Shown here in pieces: positions 1-8,719 of a stretch of 15,810 bases of DNA (position 1 is the stretch's first letter; the number at the start of each line of letters is the position of its first letter). Where the stretch lies: NCBI GenBank assembly GCA_051382295.1, contig JBBCAW010000044.1, forward strand, positions 1 through 15,810, written 5' to 3'. The notes under the pieces were generated by a model. It was not told where the DNA came from. It searched no databases and saw only the letters and a program-made list of their open reading frames with translations. The translations under genes and the position numbers were made by a program. Origin of the DNA: Bdellovibrionota bacterium FG-1 (GTDB taxonomy: Bacteria > Bdellovibrionota > UBA1018).

Positions 1-1085
1 TCGCCACTCATCGGAGCAGTCGCCCCCACCAAGGGGCGCACTCCCACATAAGCGCTTAGGATATCCGAAGTTTTTAACTGAAGCGTCGGAAAATACTTAC
101 CCAATAAGTTCATCAGATATTGAACATCTTCAAAATCTACGCTAGCGGAGTCGGGATCCTTAGGAGTCGGACCATCTGTGGTTCCCACCACCGTAACCCC
201 TGCGCCTAGGTCAGGTCGCGGAATCACAAACGCAATCCGCCCATCTTCCGGATGGTTCATCACCATTGCCCCGGGCATCGGAAGTCGCTTCAAATCAAAA
301 ATGAGATGAACCCCCTTGCTCGGATTGAGCCAGCTTCGCCATTTATTGGAAAGCATCAACCCAACCTGATCCGTCCAAGGACCGGCGCATACCACCACTC
401 GCTGCGCATGAAGATTAATCTCGGCAGATGCCTCTAAATCACGCACCCGAAAACCGGTGATTCGGTCCCCTGTCCAAAGCGGGCCAATGGCTTCGCAATA
501 GTTGGCAATAGCCGCGCCCTCAACATGAGCGGAACGCAAAGTCTCCACCGCTAAAACATCATCCCACATCGAAGCATCAAAATAACGAAAGCCGCCGGTC
601 AGTCCCTCACTTTTCAAAAATGGAATCTTCTCGATCATCGCCTTGGCGGACAAACTTTGATGGCAACCCGGCGTTCGAAACAGCGCGAGCAAATCGTAGA
701 GCCAAAGCCCCAGATTCAATAAAGCCCGCCCATTGGGGTCCCCCTCATAGACCGGCAAAAAAAACGGCAGCGGCCGCACCATATGCGGCACGGTTTTCAG
801 CAAAAGTGCCCGTTCAGCGAGCGCCTCAAAAACCAGGCCAAACTCAAGATTTTGAAGGTACCTTAAGCCACCATGAATGAGCTTGGAGCTACGAGAAGAA
901 GTACCATAGGCAAAATCACGACGCTCGACCAACGCGACCTTTAGACCGCGAGTGGCCGCATCACGTGCGACGGCCGCCCCGGTTATCCCGCCTCCGATCA
1001 CTAAAAGATCAAACGTCTCTTCCTGAAAGCGTTTCAACGATAGGGTACGGCTTCGAAATGAAAACTCAGATGAAAGCGTTGCCAT
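1..1085 (-). CDS. glpD: FAD-dependent glycerol-3-phosphate dehydrogenase (3' end runs off the window)
   Basis: Manual translation from ATG 1085: MATLSSEFSFRSRTLSLKRFQEETFDLLVIGGGITGAAVARDAATRGLKVALVERRDFAYGTSSRSSKLIHGGLRYL (GxGxxG FAD motif and the GlpD signature GTSSRSSKLIHGGLRYL). The same frame gives SAYVGVRPL near base 30. Missing from the ORF track because its stop lies outside the window. Confidence 0.95.
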   Translation of the reverse strand, partial: MATLSSEFSFRSRTLSLKRFQEETFDLLVIGGGITGAAVARDAATRGLKVALVERRDFAYGTSSRSSKLIHGGLRYLQNLEFGLVFEALAERALLLKTVPHMVRPLPFFLPVYEGDPNGRALLNLGLWLYDLLALFRTPGCHQSLSAKAMIEKIPFLKSEGLTGGFRYFDASMWDDVLAVETLRSAHVEGAAIANYCEAIGPLWTGDRITGFRVRDLEASAEINLHAQRVVVCAGPWTDQVGLMLSNKWRSWLNPSKGVHLIFDLKRLPMPGAMVMNHPEDGRIAFVIPRPDLGAGVTVVGTTDGPTPKDPDSASVDFEDVQYLMNLLGKYFPTLQLKTSDILSAYVGVRPLVGATAPMSG

Positions 1086-1118
1086 ATCCAATAGATTATC
1101 AGACCAAAAGCCAGAGAG

Positions 1119-2954
1119 CTACTCCGTCGATGGTCCACGTCGCGTGACCGAGATTCCGAGCTCCGCCAACTGCTCCGGCGATACTACCGAAGGAGCGTCG
1201 GACATGAGATCATGACCTTTTTGGGTCTTCGGAAAGGCCATGACGTCTCGGATCGGCCCTACGCCACAAAGCAAGGCCGCCAAACGATCCACGCCAAAAG
1301 CTAACCCCCCGTGTGGAGGAGTGCCGTAGGAGAGGGCTTCGAGGAAAAATCCAAACTTTTCTTTGGCATCCTCGGGGGTCAAACCCAAGAGTTTAAACAT
1401 AGCCGCCTGTACATCGGAGCGATAAATGCGCAACGAGCCGCCACCGACTTCCACTCCGTTGAGAACCAGGTCGTAAGCCGCTGCCTGAATGCCCTCAAGG
1501 TTCGTGCCCTTCACAAAATCTTCAAAAAACTCGGGCCTCGGACTTGTAAAAGGATGGTGGCAGGCAAAATAGCGGTTTTCTTTTTCGTCATACTCCAAAA
1601 GCGGAAAGTGGGTCACCCAAAGAAACGCCGGTTTTCCTTCGCCTCCTTTAGGGATCAACCCCAAACGTGCTCCGACCGCCAAACGAATGGCCCCCAGTGC
1701 ATCAAAAACTACTTTATTCTTAGCATCGGCCACCATGAGGACGAGATGGCCGGGTTGAAGATCCAACGCCTTCTTAAGCGCTTGCGTTTCCTCAGCCGAA
1801 AAGAATTTGGCAGCCGGTGATTGAAGTTCTCCGCTCGGTTGAACTTTGATCCAAAGTAACCCTTTGGCCCCAAAATTTGCACCCTGAGCCGCTAAATCAT
1901 CGAGATCTTTTCGAGAAAACTTCTCAGCCTGCCCCGGCACCACAATCGCACGAACAGAGCCGCGACGTCCGCGAGTGCCCGAGACTAACGCTTGTTGAAA
2001 AACCTGAAACGCACTGCCATGAAAGATTTCTGAAACATCCTGAAATTCCAAACCAAAACGCACATCCGGCTTGTCACTTCCGTAACGTGACATGGCTTCC
2101 GAATAAGGCATCCGCGGGAAAGGAGTCTGAAGCTCGACGCCCAACACTTCTTTCCAAAGCTTGACCATCATCTCTTCAAGAATCGGAAAAAGCGCTTCTT
2201 CATCGAGAAACGAGGTTTCAATATCAATTTGAGAGAACTCTGGTTGACGATCCGCCCTCAAGTCCTCGTCGCGAAAACACCGGGCGATTTGATAATAACG
2301 ATCCATCCCGCTAATCATCAAAAGCTGCTTGAGAATTTGGGGGGATTGCGGAAGCGCATAAAAAGTGCCGGGATTCAGACGGCTCGGCACGATAAAATCG
2401 CGCGCGCCCTCAGGAGTGGACTTATACAAAATCGGAGTTTCGACCTCAATAAATCCATTTTGATCCAGGTGATTGCGCACAATCGAAAGCATGCGATGCC
2501 GCACCAATAAATTGCGCTGAAGCGACGGCCGACGCAAATCCAAGTAACGATACTTCAAGCGCAACGTCTCAGCGACCTCCGCACTATCGTCCAGCACAAA
2601 CGGAGGAGTTTCGGCCTCCGATAAAATCATCAAATCCGTGCATGCCACTTCGATTTCACCCGTCGACATCTTGGCATTGGTCATGCCGTCAGGCCGACGA
2701 CGAACCTTACCCTTACACCAAATCACAAACTCGGAGCGAAGGCGCGAGGCCAGCTCATGGGCATTGTCCCCCCCAGTCGTGGTAGGATCAAAAACAATTT
2801 GAGTTAGACCGTACCGATCACGCAGGTCAGCAAAAATCACGCCGCCATGATCACGCCGCTTAGCCACCCAACCACAAAGGGTCACTTCTTGATTGAGATC
2901 CGATACTTTCAATTGTCCACAGGTGTGCGAACGCACGGTTCGTTGAGCTGACAT
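1119..2954 (-). CDS. aspS: Aspartate--tRNA ligase, probably non-discriminating (Asp/Asn) type
   Basis: RSHTCG N-terminus, OB-fold RRDHGGVIFADLRDRYG, LRLKYRYLDLRR, STPEGARDF, ALPQSPQ, motif 2 CFRDEDLRADRQPEF, motif 3 PPHGGLAFGVDRL, FPKT. Confidence 0.98.
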   Translation of the reverse strand: MSAQRTVRSHTCGQLKVSDLNQEVTLCGWVAKRRDHGGVIFADLRDRYGLTQIVFDPTTTGGDNAHELASRLRSEFVIWCKGKVRRRPDGMTNAKMSTGEIEVACTDLMILSEAETPPFVLDDSAEVAETLRLKYRYLDLRRPSLQRNLLVRHRMLSIVRNHLDQNGFIEVETPILYKSTPEGARDFIVPSRLNPGTFYALPQSPQILKQLLMISGMDRYYQIARCFRDEDLRADRQPEFSQIDIETSFLDEEALFPILEEMMVKLWKEVLGVELQTPFPRMPYSEAMSRYGSDKPDVRFGLEFQDVSEIFHGSAFQVFQQALVSGTRGRRGSVRAIVVPGQAEKFSRKDLDDLAAQGANFGAKGLLWIKVQPSGELQSPAAKFFSAEETQALKKALDLQPGHLVLMVADAKNKVVFDALGAIRLAVGARLGLIPKGGEGKPAFLWVTHFPLLEYDEKENRYFACHHPFTSPRPEFFEDFVKGTNLEGIQAAAYDLVLNGVEVGGGSLRIYRSDVQAAMFKLLGLTPEDAKEKFGFFLEALSYGTPPHGGLAFGVDRLAALLCGVGPIRDVMAFPKTQKGHDLMSDAPSVVSPEQLAELGISVTRRGPSTE

Positions 2955-3052
2955 GGTTAATTTTTAACACTCCGGCCACCTAAAGGCAATTGGACTTCCC
3001 GTTCCAAATCCTTTCGGTGGCTCGGATTTTAGGATACTCACCTGAAAGACTC

Positions 3053-4957
3053 ATGATCGAGCCTATAGCCCTTTCCAAACGGTCTTACTTTCACCGCACC
3101 CTGGCCTCTTCTTGGGAAGAAATCTGGGAGGCCGGGCCTTATTTTGACCGTCTCTCCACCCTCCTCGAAGACGCCACCGACTACGCCATTTTGGTGGGTT
3201 GGCAAATTGACTCGCGGCTGACCATTGCTATCCCTGGAAAGTCCGGACAGACCGAAACGCTCAAAGAAAAGATCATTCGGCTCTGCGAAATGAAGCCCCA
3301 TTTTCAATTTTATATTTTGATGTGGGACCACGCCTATTTCTATGTACTCGAGCGAGAGCACTGGCAGGGGCGTATTTGGGAGGATATTCACCCTAGAGTC
3401 CATTTTATCTTTGATAACCGCCATCCTTTTGGCGGGTCTCACCACGAAAAAATCTGCCTGATTGATGGCAAAGTGGCTCTTTGCGGTGGAGTTGATCTTT
3501 GCGATGACCGCTGGGACAGCCCTGATCACCTCTACCAAGACCCCCGCCGCTCTCTGGACCACAAGGCCGAAAAATATGGCCCCTACCATGACTTGAGCGT
3601 CCAGGTGACCGGTCCCGTTTGCGCAGACCTTCAATCTCATGTGGCCACGCGGTGGCAAGCTCTCTCGAATATTCCGTTTCCGCAGCCACCTATAACACCG
3701 CCGTTCGCGAAAGAGTCGCAAAACACCGTCTATGTGAGTCGCACCCAATCCAACATCGATCCCTACGGCACGCACCCGATATTGGTGCGCGAAATCGAAT
3801 TTCTTTTCAGAGACTTGATCCGAAGCGCACAATATCGCGTTATTTTGGAAGGTCAGTACTTTTGGTCAAAAGGAATCTGCGACCTCCTTTGCGCAAAAAT
3901 TCAGGCCATGCGAAGCAAGCCTTTTGAGCTTTACCTGATTCTTTCAGACCTCGCCAAAGTCAAGACTCTCACTTGCCTCATGGATCCCTATCAACGACGT
4001 TTACTTGACCGGCTACAGACCGCCGCACGAAATACAAGTGTCCGACTCATCATCGGACATCCTCAAGTTCTATCCCCCGATCCGGTCACGCAGCCCCCTC
4101 GACCGATCTATATCCATTCCAAACTAATCATCATTGATGATCGTTTTTTATCGATCGGAAGCGCTAATTTTGCCTCCCGTGCCCTTCGAATTGACACTGA
4201 AATCCACCTCACGCTCGAGGCCAAAACCGACGCTCAACGGCACCATGTCCAAAACGTGGCGTCACAAGTCCTCGACCATTGGCATCGCCCCCCGATTCGC
4301 CTGCAGCCGATCACTCCTCTCAGAAATTTACGAAGAAACCGCTTGCCGTTTGATTTTTTTTTCGACCCCTCCTTCCCCTGGCCCACGCGGTTTAAACTCC
4401 GCTTCCGCAAACTCGCCCGCCACCACCACTGGATAATCCCCTTAAGTCTTGTCCTGCTCGCTCTCACAGGCTCGATGTTAGCCGTTTTTTTAAGCTTTCC
4501 GGGCCGAGGAAGTCCAGACTGGATGGTCATACTTTTTGGAATCGCTCTTTCGACTTTTTGGCTAATTCCCCTCCCCTTCGTTCCCACCGCACTGCTCACG
4601 ACCCTTTGGTTAGGCCCTGACACGGGGATACGCCTCACCCTTTTTTCAATTTGGATTGGTTCAATTCTCGGCTTTTCCGTCGCCAGGATTTTTCCGACCA
4701 CCGTTGCTCGCTATTGCTCTGAAAAGGCCCCAAAATGGTTGGAAAATCGATTCAAGGAACGAACCTTTTCAGCCCTTCTTTGGGTCTTGGCCGATCCGCG
4801 CATTGAACTCCGCTTCAAAATCGCTTATCAAGGACTCTATTGTATCCCCCTCCCCTGGTTCCTCATGGCCATGGGCGTGCTGGCTCCGTCCGTCCTGTTT
4901 TTGATTTGTGATTGGGGATTTCAACTTTACTCCTATTTTTTGGGCCTCACTCCATGA
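3053..4957 (+). CDS. Phospholipase D family protein (two HKD motifs) with a C-terminal DedA/VTT (SNARE-associated)-like membrane domain
   Basis: HKD1 SHHEKICLIDGKVALCGGVDL and HKD2 YIHSKLIIIDDRFLSIGSAN; RWDSPDH and PYHDL segments typical of bacterial PLD1/2-like enzymes. The last ~175 aa hold several hydrophobic helices. ATG 3053 is preferred over the upstream TTG 2990. Confidence 0.88.
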   Translation: MIEPIALSKRSYFHRTLASSWEEIWEAGPYFDRLSTLLEDATDYAILVGWQIDSRLTIAIPGKSGQTETLKEKIIRLCEMKPHFQFYILMWDHAYFYVLEREHWQGRIWEDIHPRVHFIFDNRHPFGGSHHEKICLIDGKVALCGGVDLCDDRWDSPDHLYQDPRRSLDHKAEKYGPYHDLSVQVTGPVCADLQSHVATRWQALSNIPFPQPPITPPFAKESQNTVYVSRTQSNIDPYGTHPILVREIEFLFRDLIRSAQYRVILEGQYFWSKGICDLLCAKIQAMRSKPFELYLILSDLAKVKTLTCLMDPYQRRLLDRLQTAARNTSVRLIIGHPQVLSPDPVTQPPRPIYIHSKLIIIDDRFLSIGSANFASRALRIDTEIHLTLEAKTDAQRHHVQNVASQVLDHWHRPPIRLQPITPLRNLRRNRLPFDFFFDPSFPWPTRFKLRFRKLARHHHWIIPLSLVLLALTGSMLAVFLSFPGRGSPDWMVILFGIALSTFWLIPLPFVPTALLTTLWLGPDTGIRLTLFSIWIGSILGFSVARIFPTTVARYCSEKAPKWLENRFKERTFSALLWVLADPRIELRFKIAYQGLYCIPLPWFLMAMGVLAPSVLFLICDWGFQLYSYFLGLTP

Positions 4958-5724
4958 CGTCACATCCTCATCAACTCCGTATTTTGTCCTACAATATTCA
5001 TAAAGGATTCAATGTGGGGAACCGACGGTTTATCTTAGAAAAAATCCGCCACGCCATTCGCACCCTTCATCCTGATCTGGTTTTGCTCCAAGAAGTCCTG
5101 GGCGAACATCGTGGCCACCAACGTCGTCTACCCGAATGGCCCAAGCTTCCCCAATTTTCTTATCTCGCTCACGATCTCTGGCCCCATTTTGCCTACGGCA
5201 AAAATGCCATTTATGGAGCAGGTCATCACGGCAATGCTATTTTGAGCAAATATCCCATTGATTTCTTTGAAAACATCGACATCTCGACCAACCCCTATGA
5301 AAAACGCGGTCTGCTCCATGCGCGAGTCGCGATCCCGGGCCGTCATCGCCCCGTTCATGTTATTTGCGTCCATCTCGGACTTTTTGAGGCCGAGCGCCAA
5401 ACTCAAATCAAACGAATTTGCCGCCAAATTGACGCTCACGTTCCTCATCAGGATCCACTGATCCTCGGTGGAGATTTCAATGATTGGCTTCTCAAAGCCA
5501 CCGGCCCTTTGCAAAATGCCCTCGAAGTCAAAGAAGCATTTTTAGAAATGCACGGTGCTCATGCACGAACTTTTCCAAGTTGGTTGCCTTCGCTCAGGCT
5601 TGATCGTCTTTATTTTCGCAAGATGAAGTTAAAAAGCTGTCGGGTCCTAACACAAAAGCCATGGAACACACTTTCAGACCATGTGCCCCTTTATGCGGAG
5701 TTGAGCATCCAAGCGGGGTCTTAA
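4954..5724 (+). CDS. ybhP: Endonuclease/exonuclease/phosphatase (EEP) family protein, YbhP-like
   Basis: SYNIHKGF, LLQEV, AYGKNAIY..GHHGNAILSKYPI, CVHLGL, GGDFNDW, RTFPS..P.LRLDRLY and LSDHVPL closely match E. coli YbhP as recalled. ATG 4954 overlaps the PLD stop (ATGA, 4954-4957). Confidence 0.9.
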   Translation: MTSHPHQLRILSYNIHKGFNVGNRRFILEKIRHAIRTLHPDLVLLQEVLGEHRGHQRRLPEWPKLPQFSYLAHDLWPHFAYGKNAIYGAGHHGNAILSKYPIDFFENIDISTNPYEKRGLLHARVAIPGRHRPVHVICVHLGLFEAERQTQIKRICRQIDAHVPHQDPLILGGDFNDWLLKATGPLQNALEVKEAFLEMHGAHARTFPSWLPSLRLDRLYFRKMKLKSCRVLTQKPWNTLSDHVPLYAELSIQAGS

Positions 5725-5738
5725 GGCGAGGCCTTAAG
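5720..5738. terminator. Perfect 8-bp hairpin at the convergent ybhP / receiver gene junction, possible bidirectional terminator
   Basis: CTTAAGGC-GAG-GCCTTAAG; the arms contain the TAA stops of both genes. No clear U-tract. Confidence 0.4.
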
Positions 5739-6102
5739 CCGCGTTTCGCGAAGAATTCGCAGCTTCGCAAAGAACGTCCTCAAGCTGCTCGATCGTATAG
5801 GGCTTTGCCAAAAAATACGCACCGGGCATACGGCGCGCGCGCGCTGCCCCTTGCTGCGCGGCTGAAAGCACAACCGTCGGGGGAACGCGGCCAAACTCCA
5901 GGCGAATGCGCTCAAAAGCCTCTTCGCCACTGCCCCCTTGCAGCGTCAAATCGAGCAACATCACATCAGGCCAAACTTTTTTAAGGCGTTCTAAGGCCTC
6001 CTCGCCGCTCTCTACGAGATCCGGATGATGCTGATAGGCCTCCAGCACCATGCCTAAAGTTTCTCTCACTGATGAATCATCTTCGATGACTAAAACTCTC
6101 AT
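5734..6102 (-). CDS. Single-domain response regulator (CheY-like receiver)
   Basis: MRVLVIEDD acidic pocket, phosphoacceptor VMLLDLTL, VVLSA, FLAKPY; no output domain. ATG 6102 is preceded by GGGGTG; the track's start at 6147 adds 15 non-receiver residues. Confidence 0.92.
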   Translation of the reverse strand: MRVLVIEDDSSVRETLGMVLEAYQHHPDLVESGEEALERLKKVWPDVMLLDLTLQGGSGEEAFERIRLEFGRVPPTVVLSAAQQGAARARRMPGAYFLAKPYTIEQLEDVLCEAANSSRNAA

Positions 6103-6129
6103 ATGCAGCACCCCGAGTAGGGTTCTTGC

Positions 6130-6147
6130 ATGTTTGGCACCAAACAT
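6130..6147. promoter_or_regulatory. Perfect inverted repeat between the divergent receiver gene and aspA (candidate operator)
   Basis: ATGTTTGG-CA-CCAAACAT, inside a 56-bp divergent intergenic region. Confidence 0.45.
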
Positions 6148-6158
6148 AGGTGAAAACG

Positions 6159-7709
6159 ATGCTTGTTAAAAAATTTCGTCAAGAAAAAGATTCGTTGGGT
6201 TGGGTTCATGTGCCTAAAAATGCCTTCTATGGCGCGCAGACTTGTCGCGCGCTCACCCATTTCAAAATTTCAAAAAACACTGCTGATGCATCTTTGATCC
6301 GCGCTCTGCTAAGCATCAAAGGTGCCGCTGCCTTGACCAATCAAACGTGCGGAACGCTGAGCGCCGAACATTCACAATTAATCCAAAAAGCGGTCGACGA
6401 GCTTCTTATGATGCCGATTGCAAAATGGCCAGAAATTTTTCCGATTGATTCATTTCAAGCAGGTGCGGGAACGAGCCAAAATATGAACGTCAACGAAGTG
6501 GTCGCCAATTGGGCCAATCACCTCGCAGGAAAACCCCTCGGAAGTTACTCCCCCATTCATCCCAACAACCACGTCAATCAGTCTCAATCGACCAACGATG
6601 TGTACCCCAGTGCAATGCGTCTTGCCCTCTTAGAAGTATCTACTGAACTCGTGAAAGAGATCAGACTCCTTTCGTTAATCTTTGAAAAAAAGGCTGAAAT
6701 ATGGGCAGAAATCCCTAAAGCCGCGCGCACCCACCTTCAAGACGCAGTGCCTATAACTCTGGGACAAGAGTTCGGCGCCTATGGTGCAATGCTCCTGCGC
6801 TGTACTCACTGGATCGAAAAAGCTCGCGAGGAAATTTCAGAACTCGGGATTGGAGGCAGTGCAGCAGGCACGGGACTCAACGTGCCCAGTGGATTTACTT
6901 CAATCATCATGACCGAACTTTCGCGCTCCTATAAAATAAATCTACGCTCAGCGTTAAATCTCTGCGAATCAATGCAATCCCAAGCTCCCCTTTCGTTTTA
7001 CTCCTCCATGCTTCGAATCACCGCTCTTGAGCTCACCCGAGTCTGCAACGATTTGCGCTTGCTTGCCTCAGGGCCGGCCAATGGGCTAGCCGAAATAACG
7101 CTGCCCGCCGTTCAACCTGGCAGCAGCATTATGCCTGGCAAAGTCAACCCCTCCATTTTGGAAGCCATGAATCAAATTCTTTTTGCGGTTTTAGGACATG
7201 ATCAAACAGTGAGTTTTGCCATGCAAGCCGGGCAACTTGAACTCAATGTGATGATGCCCGTTATGGCTTATGCACTTTTGGATGCGACCCAAATCCTTAC
7301 GAAGGGGATTGGAATGATGCGCACCTTTTGCATTGAAGGCATTGAACCCCAGACTGAGCGACTCCGACGATATTCAGAAAACACACCCCAACTTGCCACG
7401 GCGCTATCCCCGCTCCTCGGATACGAACAAACAGCCATGCTCGTACAACAGGCACAAGCGCAGGGCCTCACCCTTCTTGACTTACTGAGAAAGGAAGTCG
7501 CAAAAAACAACTACTCCGTCGAAGTTTTAGCCGCCGCTGAAGCTGCCTTGCTGCCCCCAATGGGCAAATCCAAAGCCTCAAAATCAAGATCTTCTTCTAC
7601 CCCTTCGACGGAACCGTCCGAGCCTTCGCCCCCTTCGCCGGTTTCATCCTCAGGAGTAGCTCCTACAGAGCAGCCAGGCAAACCGGAGACATCCCCGATC
7701 CGAATATGA
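6159..7709 (+). CDS. aspA: Aspartate ammonia-lyase (fumarase/aspartase superfamily) with a Ser/Pro-rich C-terminal extension
   Basis: EKDSLG, YGAQT, QAGAGTSQNMNVNEV, SQSTNDVYPSA, RTHLQDAVP, GSSIMPGKVNP, GQLELNVMMP. GAGTS, QSTND and DAVP favour aspartase over FumC (GSGTQ, QSSND, DATP). ATG 6159 follows an AGGTG Shine-Dalgarno. Confidence 0.85.
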   Translation: MLVKKFRQEKDSLGWVHVPKNAFYGAQTCRALTHFKISKNTADASLIRALLSIKGAAALTNQTCGTLSAEHSQLIQKAVDELLMMPIAKWPEIFPIDSFQAGAGTSQNMNVNEVVANWANHLAGKPLGSYSPIHPNNHVNQSQSTNDVYPSAMRLALLEVSTELVKEIRLLSLIFEKKAEIWAEIPKAARTHLQDAVPITLGQEFGAYGAMLLRCTHWIEKAREEISELGIGGSAAGTGLNVPSGFTSIIMTELSRSYKINLRSALNLCESMQSQAPLSFYSSMLRITALELTRVCNDLRLLASGPANGLAEITLPAVQPGSSIMPGKVNPSILEAMNQILFAVLGHDQTVSFAMQAGQLELNVMMPVMAYALLDATQILTKGIGMMRTFCIEGIEPQTERLRRYSENTPQLATALSPLLGYEQTAMLVQQAQAQGLTLLDLLRKEVAKNNYSVEVLAAAEAALLPPMGKSKASKSRSSSTPSTEPSEPSPPSPVSSSGVAPTEQPGKPETSPIRI

Positions 7710-8719
7710 AAATGATTTTTGTGCGCTGGCATATGCCTAATAAAGCGCCCAAAGCGTCCCCAGTCCGCATCACCACGGGCGGTTTTGGCTAGCTTGCGAA
7801 TCAGCTTTTTATCCAAGAAAACCACCTTCACACAAGCATACGGATTTTTAAAAAGCTGTTTAACCAACCACCAATTGATCTTTCCATCAAAATCATTATG
7901 AAATGCTTGCGGCGAAAGACGTCCGGGATGAACGGTCAAAAACCCAATATCTGCATCCTGTCCTGTTGTATGAGAGGCATGACCTTTGGGGCCTGATCTT
8001 CCTGCGAGACAGCCACCCCGAGGCGCGGATATATCGCCGACCACCAAACGCACGCCGTCATGGTGATCGTCTGCATACTGTTTGGCCACCTGTCGCCCCA
8101 ACCACTCCATCAATCCTGCCATCGGATCAGTCCCATAATTGGTGCAACGCTCGGGCGAGCGAAGTAAAATACGATTAGTCGCCGTCGGTAAAACCGGCCG
8201 ACCCCAGGCCAAAAAGCCGTTATTGACCGTGCAAAAAGCTTGCTCGCCCTTACGCCCCAGTTCTTGATGAATCACACCCAAAATATCCGGAATCTTGCCC
8301 GCCTCGAGCGCTTGCGTGTAAGCCAGCTGCTCATCCGTCATTTCATCGCAAAAATCAGCCTTAAAACGCTCGCGCGCACAAACCTTCGGCGGCAAACGTC
8401 GCCGTCCCCGACGGCCCTTAGCTCGCATGACCCTACTGCAACAACGATGACCATTATAGCCAAACTCAGGATTCCACTCCGCGCAAAACTCCAGCCGCGG
8501 CGCGGACGAACCCGGAATCGGCAATCCTAAGCCATCCCGAAGATCTCCCCAATCGTCCGACTCCGGACCGCAGGCGCCAAAATCCGGCACGACTGAGTAG
8601 AATCCCTGAGCCAAGCAGGAGCTGGAAACCAAAAGCAAAAGGGGGGTCACTAAGGGGAAAAAATGGGTTTTAAACAGAGACACTGGGTCGATCATAAAGA
8701 CAAAAAGCGCCCGAGTCAA
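7511..8719 (-). CDS. Penicillin-insensitive murein endopeptidase (MepA-like LAS zinc peptidase), probably exported, Cys-rich
   Basis: VGDISAPRGG, GHASHTTGQDADI (H-x6-D) and HKNHFHIRI (HxH); hydrophobic N-terminal stretch FFPLVTPLLLLVSSSCLA. The start is TTG 8719 or ATG 8695. Confidence 0.85.
   Translation of the reverse strand: MTRALFVFMIDPVSLFKTHFFPLVTPLLLLVSSSCLAQGFYSVVPDFGACGPESDDWGDLRDGLGLPIPGSSAPRLEFCAEWNPEFGYNGHRCCSRVMRAKGRRGRRRLPPKVCARERFKADFCDEMTDEQLAYTQALEAGKIPDILGVIHQELGRKGEQAFCTVNNGFLAWGRPVLPTATNRILLRSPERCTNYGTDPMAGLMEWLGRQVAKQYADDHHDGVRLVVGDISAPRGGCLAGRSGPKGHASHTTGQDADIGFLTVHPGRLSPQAFHNDFDGKINWWLVKQLFKNPYACVKVVFLDKKLIRKLAKTARGDADWGRFGRFIRHMPAHKNHFHIRIGDVSGLPGCSVGATPEDETGEGGEGSDGSVEGVEEDLDFEALDLPIGGSKAASAAAKTSTE

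Noticed and set aside
3038..3832. 264-aa antisense ORF and other shadow ORFs (e.g. 252-1147 plus strand, 1311-1820, 4234-4701, 5128-5514, 12424-12840, 13051-13512, 15150-15476)
   Set aside because: They lie opposite or out of frame within well-supported genes and have no recognisable motifs.
3053..4957. PLD as a defence nuclease (DrmC/Nuc type)
   Set aside because: Two HKD motifs, a membrane domain and a ybhP neighbour point to lipid metabolism; no helicase or methylase nearby.
6159..7709. Annotation as fumarase FumC
   Set aside because: Diagnostic segments (GAGTS, QSTND, DAVP, no PTQCE) fit aspartase better, though only an assay or phylogeny would settle it.
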